The notes beneath the pieces were generated by a model. The model worked only from the letters and a program-made list of their open reading frames with translations. It was not told the DNA's origin and ran no database searches. A stretch of DNA of 63,726 nt, counting the filler, from Atractiella rhizophila (Eukaryota): the NCBI GenBank assembly GCA_021432655.1. It is 16 parts of 15 records of this genome, joined end to end, with 100 filler letters (N's around TTAATTAATTAA, not from the genome) between each part and the next. Parts side by side here need not be neighbours in the genome. Positions count along the whole stretch, not along the records: positions 1 to 5,037 come from MU272409.1; positions 5,138 to 10,166 come from MU272410.1; positions 10,267 to 15,286 come from MU272411.1; 13 more parts are not named here. One strand, 5' to 3'. The stretch's first letter is position 1, and each line of letters begins with the position of its first letter. Both the position numbers and the translations under genes were made by a program. Shown one piece after another: positions 1-13,118 of the stretch.

Positions 1-612
<612 letters not shown>

Positions 613-1941
613 TGCGGTGATGTTAGCTAATGTGCGGCTTGTGGGAGATGAGGGAGAAGGAGGGATGGAGGGAGTGAGACAGGGAATAAATAGGGGAGAG
701 AGCGTGGTGCGCTTGGATAAGCGTTGTATAAGCGAATGGCGTGCCGGTGGTGTAACCAGCCGATGAGCTCTTTATCCGCTTATCCCACCACCACACAGAA
801 AATTCCAAGAATTAGCATCTTCGCATTTTACGATCGAATACGTAATTGGTGGATAAACAGGAAAAGAAAATGCCGGTGCTGCGCCGGGTGATGCACCACG
901 CCCAGGAAGCCGTGAGGCAGATGACACAGCGTTAGGATGGGATTAAGACGGTCATGGTTGCCGAGCAGTCATGAAGTCGGCGGCGAGGGTATCGCTCCGT
1001 AACAAGTGAAGTGAATCCGTTCCCTAGCTTATCGGCGGTTGGTGTTAGGAATCCTCTCCATGGTTGAGCGTCGTCAAAAGCCTCTCAACCAACCAAGGAC
1101 AAACTCTGATTGTTGTGACCTGATGGTCGCTTCGTCTGTGACTTCGTCCTCTTAATGGTGTCAGGAGAAATGGTGACAGGGATGCTCGCAGCCTCGAGTA
1201 CGCTAGCTCGTAAAGGATGGGCGAGAAATCGGTTTGACGAGGAAAATATGATTGTCTCTGTGACGAGGTCCTGTTAGCAATACTGCAATGCCTTTCTAGT
1301 TATCAGCAGGGGACATTGAGCTCTGTGCGGAGAGAATGATTGTTGGATTTTGCAGTCTAGTTTCGTGCCACTCAGTGGCAAAGTTCTTTAGTTTTCTGGA
1401 ATGTTCTACTATTTTCTAGTTGTCACTGCTGTAAGCTATATAAACACATAGAATTCCATTTCCTGGTGCTCATGCGTTTGCAAGAGCTCAGCCAAACGTA
1501 ACCAAGTCGTACTTAGCTCCGCTCCTCAGCCCGTCGATTTCCAACAATGATTGCAATTCAATCTAGCTACAGACGGTTTCTAGTGTAATCCAGCAGAATC
1601 TCTGTAATCCAATGTCTTAACCCCAGCGATTGTAAGCAAAATTTGGGGTAGACCGCCTAACATTTAATGATGTTGAGCTCGAATGAGTCTCCATTACGAT
1701 CTCATAGAATATGACGGAAGTCCCACCTTTTCGCGATTCAGAGACATATGAGTAACGCTCAACACTTCTTCTCAATGCTAAGGAGAGTCAAACTTAGAAA
1801 CAACCAATGTAATATGTATCTTGTACTACTGTGAATCCACGTAGTTGCTCAGACACACGCAAATATAAACCTCTTGTTCATTAATATACCAAACTACCAT
1901 CCCCAGGCAAATTTAGTGTACAAGTAAGGAGGTATTTGAGA

Positions 1942-1975
1942 ATATAAATACAAAATGTATATAAATACAAAATGT
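1942..1975. repeat. 17-bp tandem duplication (ATATAAATACAAAATGT x2)
   Basis: Read directly; AT-rich region 3' of the ORF ending at 2031. Confidence 0.85.
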
Positions 1976-2030
1976 TATGTTACTGGACAAACATTACTGA
2001 ATACAGCTTATTCTGAATCGTAGTCTACTT

Positions 2031-2805
2031 TTACTCCTCCTTTCCTCTCTCTGCCATAAAATCCGCCATGTCTGAGTTCATACGGTCGATTGTAAAGACG
2101 GTGAGTTCGGTCGATTCGGCAATGAGACGTTTTAGCACGCTCCATGAAACAGACGACCGTCGAATGTCCAGCTCTCGCAACTTGAGCATCTCGAGCTCTC
2201 TTTCTCCCTCCGGTCTATACGCATCCTCAAAGGTCTTGAACGACGGGTGCAAACATTCCCACTCGCTGTGGTACACGCCATCCAACTCAAGTCGCTCGAT
2301 ATTCGGAAACGAAGGGAGGGCGTCGAAGATGTCAGTCCATTTCCAAGCGTAATACGTTCCGAAGGAATCGAGGGGCAACGTAGTCCTCACACCCAACCTC
2401 TTCACTGACTTCCATTCCCCGCTCCGCAAACATTCAATCACCAGCCTTGCACGCGCATCCAGGAGTCCATCCACCTCCAGCAGCTCCAATCTTTGCCCAG
2501 ACAGCAGAGCGAGGATCTCACACGCCGCCTCCCATCCTTCCCTCGTCTCGAGCGCCAACCGAAGCTGTACCACCTGCCCACGCCTCATCTCAACTGTCCT
2601 CAAGACGCTTAGGAGCAGGGCAGCGTTAGACGCGCGGTTGAGGCCGATGGAGCAGTAAAGACGCAAGCTTGCGCTGTAGTAAAAGGAAGCGTTCGTGAGG
2701 CATAGTAAAGAAAGTGTGGAGGGAGGACAGAAGGACGTTATTTGGTGGAATATGTCGTATGGGAGGCGTGGGGATGCTGCTGATCCGTCTAAGTAAGTTT
2801 CTCAT
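2031..2805 (-). CDS. F-box/LRR-like hypothetical protein, N-terminus apparently frameshifted
   Basis: LCLTNASFYYSASLRLY resembles the end of an F-box, followed by LRR-like repeats (FPNIERLELDGV, LKLRELDIRRS, LTVFTI). The upstream part is in another frame. Confidence 0.45.
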
Positions 2806-3382
2806 TCGCAAATTGGACTATGCATCACAAAAAGTTGCTCTCACCACTGGCGAAAGGAAGGGACATGCCGTCGACTCAAAGAATACGAGGGAAGAAATAC
2901 AGATTGTCGTCTCACTCGTGTAACTGGGAGTTTGAGCTTGGCTTCTCCCTTTCCTTTATTCGTGGGTTCAACGCGGCACGTCTGCACAGGAGAATTGACT
3001 CGACTCTCGGGCGAACATATGTCGTCTTTGGACAATACATTCAGGTTATGGGTCCTCATGTAGTCTCAATCGGAGCATCGGCCCAAGAGGAGAAATTCTC
3101 GGGTGTGTTGTCCTGTCTCACCTGTCACCTGTAGTTGATGATAGGACTCGCTTTCGTGAAATTCGGCGAAGCACTCTCGTTCGCAAAAGTTTACCGCATA
3201 CCAACTCAACGACCGGGATTCTCCAGCAGAGCTTGTAATCAACCCGAAAGGATAAACATAAGCTTTGAATAGAAGTGACATAGGTAGCAGGCAGAAGCCT
3301 CGTATTTAAACACAATGGAAGGACCCATATAGTTCACGCTACCCGCCATATGCACATTGGAAAGTAAAAGAGCACTCTTGTC

Positions 3383-4432
3383 TCAGTTATTGGTTGAGGG
3401 CCACGAATGGGTCAAATTAAAAACTGGTTCGTTGACAGGAAGCCTAAGCGCACGCCGAACTTCAGCTCGCCAGCGGTTCAAAAGTGTCATTTTAAAGCCT
3501 ATGTTGACCTTGAAGAAAAGTCGACCAAAAGGGATATCCCCTTCTCCAGCTTCTTCTCCAGCAGACTTTAAGAAGGTATCCAAGGTGTACACCCTCGCTC
3601 GTTGAAACGAGAATCGTTCTAAGACCATGGTGACAAGTTGAGTGGATCGTGAAATATTGGGCATAACTTCGTAAAAGTTGGTGCTTTCCTGGCAGAACCC
3701 ATTTTGAACAGACAGCCAACGAAGGCAGGGAAATATTGCGGTGACAGGTGGAGGTTGTACCCTCCAGAGTTTGAACGAGAGCTGTTGTAGAGTATTGCAA
3801 AATGCTTCGAAAACATCATTCACACTGGTGCGGCTTTGGAATACGATGTCAGATATGCACAGACGGGTCAATGGTCGTGGATACGGAAACACGGAGTCAT
3901 TCTTCCACTCGTTTCCCCAGTCGTAGTCGTGAACGCTACCATCCAGCGTGAGAGAAACTATTTCCAGTTAGCCGACATAATGCAAGGAATATTTGACGAG
4001 CAAAATCGGGGTCCCATTGTGACTGTCATGTTGGATGTTCAAATCAAGAACTGTTAGACTTTTCTGATAATTGACCGGAAAGGCAAATGAAGGAAACATT
4101 TGCGCATAAACTGGGTGCCAGTGGATCTGCAAGGCAATTAGCTGCGCGGCATCCTCCAAAATTTGAAGAAGCTCTTGATCTCCTGGTTCATTCCATTGAA
4201 CAGATCGGATACGTTGGCACTTTTCTGGACAATATTTCAGGTGGCGACGAACGGAGGCAACGTCCAGGTTGATTTGTCTTTTGTATACAACGGGATCGAC
4301 CAAATCGGAGAACAGGTGAGAAACGGTTCGTAAGGAACACAGATACGAAAGTGACAGCGTAGGATCCAAGCAAAGCTCTGTAAGGATTTCAAGCAAGAGT
4401 TCGGGAGGAACGGTGTTCAAAGTGGCGGCCAT
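3383..4432 (-). CDS. F-box domain protein with LRR-like C-terminus (spliced or frameshifted near 3890-3970)
   Basis: N-terminus LNTVPPELLLEILTEL...LCSLRTVSHLFSDLVDPVVY matches the F-box pattern; downstream ORF 3383-3892 has LRR-like segments (LTRLCIS, LQQLSFK, FPCLRWLSV). Confidence 0.6.
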
Positions 4433-5037
4433 GAGCGCAATTTAGGATACTATAAACAAGAGCATCAGTCTATTCAGTGGGGAAGAAGGGGTGCCTGTAA
4501 AAGGCGCAAGAAAAAGGCCGTGTATTCGCTGCCAACGCTCCAGCATCACGATCAACGTCATTCCAAATCTGCTGAAAGCAGCCCATTCGCGTGCAAGTTG
4601 GAAAAGAATACACAGAGGGCGACGTTTGACGCTGCGAACCAAGATATATATATCCTCAGACCATAGAATGGTTTGTTTAGTTTCCACGTATTGGAGCATG
4701 AGTTACCCTGGGGAATAAAACAGCCCGGAAGATAATACTCTGACCGTGCTAAACCTGAAATTCGAAACAGACGCCTCATCTTACTGTACCAACAATCCCA
4801 ATGTTCACTGATGATCTAATGTGTTTGTCCGCAGTTGGGCCATTTCCGTCCGCTCCTTGCTTTTCGAATGTTTTGGCTTGAAGGCGAACGGGGAAGAAGG
4901 GACCATTGTGAATATATATTAAAACGGTGGCTCAGTTTGCTTGAGTAAGGTAGTATGATCACCCGGTATTCATATCCAGTACTGACGCAAAGGACTTAGA
5001 GCATCAGCACCGTCGGTTCCTCTATCGGATCCGCGAG

Positions 5038-5137
5038 NNNNNNNNNNNNNNNNNNNNNNNNNNNNNNNNNNNNNNNNNNNNTTAATTAATTAANNNNNNN
5101 NNNNNNNNNNNNNNNNNNNNNNNNNNNNNNNNNNNNN
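5038..5137. other. Artificial contig linker N44-TTAATTAATTAA-N44 (stops in all six frames); first of 15
   Basis: Identical 100-bp linkers at 5038, 10167, 15287, 20406, 25520, 30584, 31799, 36783, 41762, 43244, 44834, 49785, 54729, 59667 and 62148. A plain scaffold gap without linker lies at 6270-6453. Confidence 0.98.
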
Positions 5138-8100
5138 AGCATGACGCCTTCGTAGTCGTCTCCATGAGAATGACCACCGACCAAAGAGCCCTTCCTTCCT
5201 ACGACACTGAACCTGCTGGAACCGAAGGGCGACGTCTGAGGGGACAGTAAATAGCTGGTAGCAGCAGATTAGCAACGGCGCATTCGAGGTGGAGAGTGTG
5301 AAACAAACCAGACGTGTGCCGCGTCATTCCAACCATTATTACCCAGCGTATCTCCCAACGCTGTTAAAGTCGCCGAATCGCCATTTGGTTGATTGCTTAT
5401 GATCATAGCGGCCGTCTCTCTCCATTTGTCTAGAACATCATTCGAAATGTTGGAGTAAAGCGAAAGGTCAGGAAAGTTAGATGACATCGGAGTCGCCACG
5501 GGTTGGGAGTCATTGGGGCCATTAGCCGAGAGATGAGAACCGAAGGTTGGACCAGCATTTAGAGGTCGAGGAGGGAGGAACTCTTGTACTGCATGACTCT
5601 ATCAGGTCTGTTTGTATGTAAAAGAAAACGACGGACTGGAGTTAGCACCAGCGCCAGCAAATAAGCTGTAAGCAACCCTTAAGCTTTCTTTCCCGTTACT
5701 TCCACCCGGTCCAGCTCCAAGTTCGTGCTTGATGAACTCCTGCGCTACCTCCTTCCAAGCTTCTTGATCCACCGCGCTTGCGATAACGAAAGCATGAGCC
5801 CAAAGTTTCCTATCAATCGTATACTTAAGCGCTTTCTTCTTTTCTCCACAAAGGAGGATCGAGTGAATCTTCTCAATATGGCTCGGAAGGACGGTGTAGG
5901 TTGCGACTGGAGAAGATGATTGGGTGTTGAAAGACGGTGTGTTGGGTGTAAGGGGGTTGAAGCCGATTTCAGAAGCGAGGGGAAGGTCAGCATCTGTAAT
6001 ATCTGCTGCATTGGCAGCGTAGGGTACGAGGATTGCTCGTACTGCGTTTTCAGCTTTGGATGAACCTGTCAGACGTCCTTCATTTTCCACGAGGGCTTTG
6101 ACAACCTTGAAAAGGGCTAGGCGATCTTCGACCCTCCTTTCTTTCTCCATCGGCTGAATACCAGAACCAACCATATACTGTACCTCTTTCTCCAATTCTT
6201 CTATTCTTCCATCCAACCAAACCATCACCTCTTTCCTCTTCTTCCCCACATTTCCCTTCCCTCCATCCANNNNNNNNNNNNNNNNNNNNNNNNNNNNNNN
6301 NNNNNNNNNNNNNNNNNNNNNNNNNNNNNNNNNNNNNNNNNNNNNNNNNNNNNNNNNNNNNNNNNNNNNNNNNNNNNNNNNNNNNNNNNNNNNNNNNNNN
6401 NNNNNNNNNNNNNNNNNNNNNNNNNNNNNNNNNNNNNNNNNNNNNNNNNNNNNCGTCCGGGAAGAAAGTGATAATTTTCCCACCCCGTCCAAAACGCACA
6501 GACGGGACGGCAGGTCGTCTATCCTCTGCCGCCGTCCCAGCAGATGGACCCATGGAGGGGTTGATGACTTCGCCAAAAGAAGAAAAGGAATCAGTGCTCT
6601 GTTGGCGCATCATTCTTGCCCTTCGAGATTGGGGGTCAACTACGCTTTGGGGTCGTATAGGCTGTTGAACTGGTGGAGGTGCGTAAGGATCCTCTGAGAA
6701 AGAAGGCATGGACATCATTGGTCTGATACTCGTCGGAGGGCTTGCTGCAGGAGGAGGGGAGACAAAGACCCTGGGTGGGGGAGAGGCGACGTTTCTTGCT
6801 TGCTCGGCTTGGGGAGCAGAAGCAGGTGGGACGGATTCGAAGGACGAGGAGGGGACAACTGGACTCGCGTAGGGGTTATAAGCGTCGTACGAGTGTTGCG
6901 GTTGGGATCCATAGGACAAGGAAGTGTCGTAAGATTGATGTTGCGATTGATTATACGTTTGCTGTTGCTGTTGATGCCGTTGGGTTCCACTGTAGAAATC
7001 GGAACCATCGAGCCCTTCTTCCTTCATCTCCGCCCCTAGCCCTCCAAAGTCCCCTCCTCCAAATTCCTCCATTCCTCCACCCCATGCACTCTCCTCCTGC
7101 ACCTGCATGACTGCAGCCGCACCTCCTCCCTGTCCAGGTCTTATCGTCCCGCTCCGTTCTCTCCCCATCGCCCATTCGTCCTCTTCCTCCTCTGCAACCA
7201 TGAGCGATGCACCTTGTCCATGGCCTCCCGTCCCGCATCCGACAAAGAAAAGCTAGTTTCGCCATCTCCCAGGCGTTGAGGGTTGGAGCGCAAGTTCTGG
7301 AACGATGTTGTGCTGCGTAGTTGGCGGAGTAGAGACTGTAGTGCTTGTGGCTTTAGGAGGAGGGGAGAAGGTGCTCGGTGGGGGAGAGAAAGTGCTTGGG
7401 GGAGGAGGGGAGACAGTCACCTGCGCTGGAGGGGGTGAAAAAGTACTTTTTGGCGGAGGCGGTATGGTCGTTGCCTTTGGTGGTGGGCTGAAAGTGCTCT
7501 TTGGGGGCGGACTGAAAGTGCTTTTTGGTGGTGGACTAAAAGTGCTTTTTTGGTGGCGGACTGAAAGTATTCCTCTGCTGCTGAGGGGGAGGGGGCGAAA
7601 AACTGGTCCTCGGCTGCGTGCGGCTTGGTGGAGGGGTAAATGTCGATGGAGGGGGAGAAAACACATGTGCCCTCTTCGTTGTCGTGGTCAACGGCTCAGG
7701 ATCACCATACGCTTGTCTGTCTGGGTCATATACGGCATAGGGATCGTCATACGCTTGGTTGACAGTGCCGAAGGAAGGAGTTGTGGATGCGGGAGGTGGT
7801 GAGGTTGACGTTGTGTGGTATGACGAGGACGCAGGAGGAGGAGGAGGGAATGTCTTCTGCGCGGTTGGAGGTGGAGGGATGATCGATCCCGCATTCGCCA
7901 TAGTTGGAGGTGCATCCGACGCCGCTTGTACGGGTTGAATAGGAGCATAAGGATCGTCGTACGCTCCAATGCTGCTCGTTGGTGGTTTATACGGGGTTGA
8001 CACACGTTGTGGCTGGGCTGGTGGGGCAGGGAGAGAAGACGACGCGTTAGGAGAGAGGTAAGAGTCAGCCGGCGCTGGCGCTGTCCACACCTCCATTTAA

Positions 8101-9043
8101 TGGTTAGTTCTGGGTTGTACGAGTGAACTCACCTGTGGCAGCCTGTGCCTGACCATACATCGAGGGGTAGGCATCCGTCCCATTCGCGGCTGGGGCAGGA
8201 GCTTGAGACCCAGAATAACCTTGCTGGTCATAAAACGAAGAACCTTGACCGTGTGCTTGGTTTTGTGAAGGGTAGTAAGACGCTCCCTGCGCCGGGTCAT
8301 ACAAAGAGACCCGTGGGCTTGATCATGCGAAGGATGGTAGGACGAGAAGGAGGAGCTTGATCCTGCGGGGACGGAGGTTGTTGCTGATGATTATATAAAG
8401 AGGTATTCTGACCATAGGAGCTCGTCGTCGTAGGAGCATATGGAGAGGCAGCCGTTTGGGTCGCATAGGGATCAGAGGTTTGAGATTGAGGGTAGGAATA
8501 GTCCGCCTGTTGAAACTCAGGGTACCCGTACCCGTTCGTCTGCTGGGGCTGTTGCTGGTAATAATCCTGCGTGCTTTGTTGACCGTAAGGATCTTGTGGA
8601 TAATACGATGCTTGCTCATCATAACCGGTCCCACCTCCATGCGAAACAGAGTAGTCATACCCATTTTGCGCCTCCTGCTGCTGACCATAATATCCTCCCG
8701 TTCCGTATCCACCATATTCCAATCCATGTACCCCTTCATTCGCTACTCCCGCGTTCGACGAGCCTAACCAGTCCTCTCCATTGCCATCATCCCCGAAAAG
8801 GCCGCCAGCCTGCTGACCCGGACTCCTATCTTTCTCATTTTGTCCGGAAGGGTAATTCTCGACTGGTTCTTCTTCTTCCTGCACCGTTTCCGGCCTTGAA
8901 CCGAAATTCGAAGAGGAAGATAGAGAGCCAAAAAAGTCTTCTGAGCCAAGGGGTTGGCTGTCGTCACCGCTCGAGGAAGCGCCGAAGAGAGTCGCTGCGT
9001 CGCCTATTGACACTTTCTTCCGGTGCGCGTGAGGGGGAGCCAT
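5138..9043 (-). CDS. SEC16: COPII coat assembly protein Sec16; 3'-truncated, internal gap, several frameshifts
   Basis: Long Pro/Gln/Tyr-rich disordered N-terminus, then Sec16 central-domain motifs: PSVRFGRGGKIITFFP, LLCGEKKKALKYTIDRKLWAHAFVIASAVDQEAWKEVAQEFI, WRETAAMIISN...LTALGDTLGNNGWNDAAHV. Confidence 0.9.
7350..7665 (-). repeat. Coding tandem repeat (21-24-bp units) encoding (K)STFSPPP within Sec16
   Basis: Units such as GGTGGTGGACTAAAAGTGCTTTTT on the + strand at 7479-7568; translation KSTFSPPPKSTFSPPPKSTFSPPP...STFSPPPSTFSPPP. Confidence 0.9.
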
Positions 9044-10266
9044 CGTGCTGTACTCCCTCAGGAACGAGATTGAAAAGGGAGGTCTTGTTGGTTTCGTGTT
9101 GCGTGTGCAATTAGGAAAAAGGTTCCCCCGGAGCCGACGACACGTATCTCAGCCAATATCTGAACCAATATCAATAATATTCTCAATGTATCAATGTCGC
9201 AGGAAATAACACGAAGGAGAGGATGAGGAAGAAGAGTTTTACGTGATACGGGTGGGTGTGTGGAAAAATTGCTGAATAGGCGCGTAATTCTCCTGTACAC
9301 ATCGGGCAGCGGTGTCGCACAATTGACACCCCAAATGGATATCCCACGTCCTTACACAGTCAAGTACTTTCTGTTGATGTGCTTGGGACAATATAACAAC
9401 TCATTAGAAAGGATCTCCTTTCCGTTTATTTATCACGTGATTTATTACTGCACCATGCAAATGTACTTGTTTTAGGGTAGAGATCTGTAGTGGTTAATCT
9501 ACCTAGAACTGGAAGTGTGTACTATTCTGAGCCTTGTAACTGCAACATTCCTATTACAACAATAACAATTACACTTTATCGGCAGTCGTGTTTCTTCGGC
9601 AAAGAAAACGTCGCATGAGAGACCAACAGAAACTGATCATGTTGTTGCCGCTTTCTCACTCTCACATCCTAGTCAAGCTCCTGCCTCTCTCCTTCTCCCT
9701 CTCCTCCGCCTTCTCCTTATTTAAATCTGCATTAACGGGTATGAATACCCTCTTTCTCTTCTGCTCGGTCGGTATCTGTGGCAACGTTGCAGATGTAGAG
9801 GATATTGGGAATACTGGCGAGTGTCGAAGTCTGACATTCTCCTGCACTCCAAAAATAACAAGGGACGGTGGTCTGTCCTCGATAGGAGTCTGCCCCAAGT
9901 GCTGACCGAAGGCAGGTAGAGGCTCTGTAGATGACATTAATACTGCAAATCGACTAGAAAGCGATGTCTTACTGACTTTGCTTTGCATCCGGTTCTCTCA
10001 CCGTCATCGAAGGCTGGACTGGAACTTGGGAAGCAAGAGAATCTCCTCCGCAGGCGCTGATAGATAGACGCCTTTCATCATGAAGAGAGTTTCGGAACTT
10101 GTTGAAGGAATTAGACAGATTTTCTAACAGGATTATCAGGGATCTGGCTTTGCCATGAACCATTGGNNNNNNNNNNNNNNNNNNNNNNNNNNNNNNNNNN
10201 NNNNNNNNNNTTAATTAATTAANNNNNNNNNNNNNNNNNNNNNNNNNNNNNNNNNNNNNNNNNNNN

Positions 10267-10661
10267 CCTGGACAAGTATCGTAGCAGTAAATGCATCCTA
10301 TTCGTAAATTAAAAATTTGCTACCCCTCTTTAAGGTACGCACTTGCAGGAAGATGTCTTGGTTGAGTGAGACGTCTATGACATTATCGTCAATTTTGCTC
10401 GAAATAATGGACAATAAAGGAACACACAAGCCTCCTCCATCAACCTGAGGGCGAAGACAGAATGAGCACGTGAGACGCTGGGCAGGGATGACGGTGTTGC
10501 AATAAGTGCATTCTGTGAACAGTATTGGAGACTTGTCTCATCGAAAAATCAAGCTACGAACGCTTCCATTCGTTGCCCAGACGTAAATCATTATCTGCTC
10601 CACAACTCACACATTCGAGCCACGATGGGTGCAAGCGGCTGCCGCAGAATCTGCAGGACAT
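10267..10661 (-). CDS. Protein with two N-terminal C4 zinc ribbons (RanBP2/double-zinc-ribbon-like), 3'-truncated
   Basis: MSCRFCGSRLHPSWLECVSCG... then, after an intron near 10515-10560, CTYCNTVIPAQRLTCSFC; four CxxC pairs in total. Confidence 0.5.
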
Positions 10662-11477
10662 TTCTCCTCTGTTTGTTTCCCTCAGTAAAGGCGTAAGTGT
10701 AAGTAAGTGCGAGGTAGTGTGAGAAAAGACAACTATTAACAAATGACAAAAGGCAGAAAGGAGCAAATCCTTCGTGACATGTCGACCTTTTATGGGACGA
10801 GCGTGTGCAGTGGAATCACTTCCAGAAACATTCTTCTATCCGACGCAGGTGCATACATTGCTTTGTGAACAAAGTTCGTGGATGCGTAGCTCAACTGGGC
10901 AGATGCAATTTGAATTCGGAAACCTTTCTTGAAAATGATCGATGGTCCTAATCTGGCCCACTCGCAATGGAACCTCTTGCTTTCATTCCTCCGTCCAACA
11001 GCACGGACACTCGCGGTAAAACCCGTTTCGATATTCCCATTGAGAAAGGAGAATTCCCACATCTCGCAGCGAGCACGGGCTCCGCGGTGCAACACAAAGT
11101 TCGAGGGCAACAACCGCTTTGGGCGTCTCCGCCCTGCTTGTCAGCGTTAACCCAATTTTCTTATCATATGTCTTTCCCGACCGACTGAACAACATGGGAA
11201 GAAACTAATCTATGCAGTTGTTCGGACTCGGAAAAGCTGAGACGAAAACAAAGGGTTCTCAGGGAGTTCTCACTAAATTGAGTCCTTTCTCCACGCCTGC
11301 AAGCGATACGACAGCAGTATCGCAGCTTCGCCTCTCAATATCTCAAGCTCATCTATCATGTTATCTGATGTTATTTGAAGAAAATGAAGCATATGTCTGA
11401 AGCAATCGGAAGCAAATAAGTCGAAAGGTCGTTATGCACATCCCGGCTCCGAAGGTCCATTACACGAATGAATCTCC

Positions 11478-13017
11478 ATGTCAACTTCCAAAGCGTCGAA
11501 TCCACTTTACACGCCTCTTCCTCCTTCTTTGTTAGGCGGCAGTGGTAGCGGGGGTCCGACTTCTGGGACAGACCTAGCCTCTCTCTTCCCCTGCCTCTTT
11601 CCCTCAATCACCCCACTACAAAAGGAGAACCAGCAAACGTCTATCGCTGGGAGATTGGAGAAGAAGAATATAGTTTTGGAGAACGAGAAGGGGAAGAGGT
11701 CGAAATGGAAGCAGGAGAAAATCGATAGAGCGAGAGAGGACAGGGAGAAGAAGAGGAAGGCTAGGGAGATCGGGAAGAAGGAGAGGAAGAGGAAGAAGAA
11801 GGGAAAGGATACTAGTTTGAGGTGCGCTTTCCTAGTTCTAGAGCGAAGGGAAGTATGCCCACCGCAGAGCGTGGCTTTGGAGCGTATGGTGTATAAGGAT
11901 ACTGTGGCACAATTTGTGCTAGCCTAGCAGACGAGTTGGAGAATACCTGCCAGCTGTCCCTTTCGCTTTCTTCACGAATGGGATGAATTGCCCAGGTAGT
12001 CTGTCTTGTGAACTATTCTACATTCACTGTTTGACTCCCTTCCTGCAACTCGAAAGGATCAGAGTAATGTAGCTCTCCAGCTGTACCTTGATTTGTATAT
12101 TCAGTAGCCACACAATTCCTTGCCTGCTCTCCTTAATGCTCTACATACTACCAGATGACATCGGGCAAAGCAATACGAGACGCATGACTGGAACCGTACA
12201 GGGATAATTCGTCTTGCTGTTGTATTCTTTGTTTGTTAAGGGCTCGCGTTCCCTGGGGATCGTAGTACTTCAAAGTAGCTGATTGGGCAGCAATCCCACC
12301 TGTTCTTTTGTCCCGTGTGGACGCTTTTTGTCTATCCTCTTCCACGATGAAGCAGCAAGCACGACAAAGTGCTGAGCAAACGATGTTCTTTCTAGTTTCG
12401 ACACCATCCTTCCACTACACCATCTATGGTTAGGCTACATGGCAGAACTCCTAACGCTCCCCATCCTTGTTCCTCCCTCACCATCCGATCCTAAAACAAT
12501 GCCGAATCTGCACGTTCGCGCCGTCTCTTGCATTAATCATCATCTGACCTCCCTTCCAAAGTCGCGTCCTGCCCACACCGACGTCACACCAGCCGATGAC
12601 ACCCTCACGTCGAAGCTCACAAACTCTTCGATACAGTCGATGCAAGCCAAATTGCTCAAGGCAGACTTTCACGGTTGTCTGATCAAAGTGAAGCGAAGCA
12701 AGAATGCCTCGCTCATCGGAGGCGAAGGGATCGTGGTCAAGGAGACGCAGGGGACGTGGGAGGTCGTCTCGAGGAAAGGGGAGAGGAAAATCTTTCCCAA
12801 GTTTAATTCCATTTTCGAAATCGCCTTGCCACTTGTACCCAGTACGAATACGGCAGGAGCGGAAAAGGCGAATGGGATGGAGGTAGATGGAGAAAAGAAG
12901 GAAGAGAGAAGAGAGCTCCGGTTCGAGATTAACGGGACACAGTTTTGTTATGATCCCGTGGAAAGAGTAGGAAAGAAGTGGAAGGGTTCGGCGGCCGAGA
13001 AAGGTTGGGAACATTGA
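11478..13017 (+). CDS. POP4: RNase P/MRP subunit p29 (Pop4/Rpp29); exons 11478-11821 and 12396-13017
   Basis: FDTILPLHHLWLGYMAELL and AKLLKADFHGCLIKVKRSKNASLIGGEGIVVKET...KIFPKFNSIF are Rpp29 signatures; the GT-AG intron 11822-12395 joins the exons in frame. Confidence 0.92.
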
Positions 13018-13118
13018 GAATCATATTCAGATACGATGTTGAGAAATGTACACAGTCAATATTTTACTTTTCCATAGTACTCTTGCTCGTCTTCAGGCAA
13101 CCCATCCACTTTGGAATC

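Noticed and set aside
5082..5093. Recurrent TTAATTAATTAA as a biological repeat
   Set aside because: Always centred in N44 flanks; an artificial six-frame stop linker.
7305..7802. Gly-rich repeat ORF on the + strand (KVLFGGG repeats)
   Set aside because: Antisense shadow of the Sec16 STFSPPP repeats; most short overlapping ORFs in the track are similar shadows.
12345..12375. C/D-box snoRNA in the POP4 intron (GATGA...CTGA)
   Set aside because: Box C is imperfect, the spacing of ~30 nt is too short, and there is no terminal stem.
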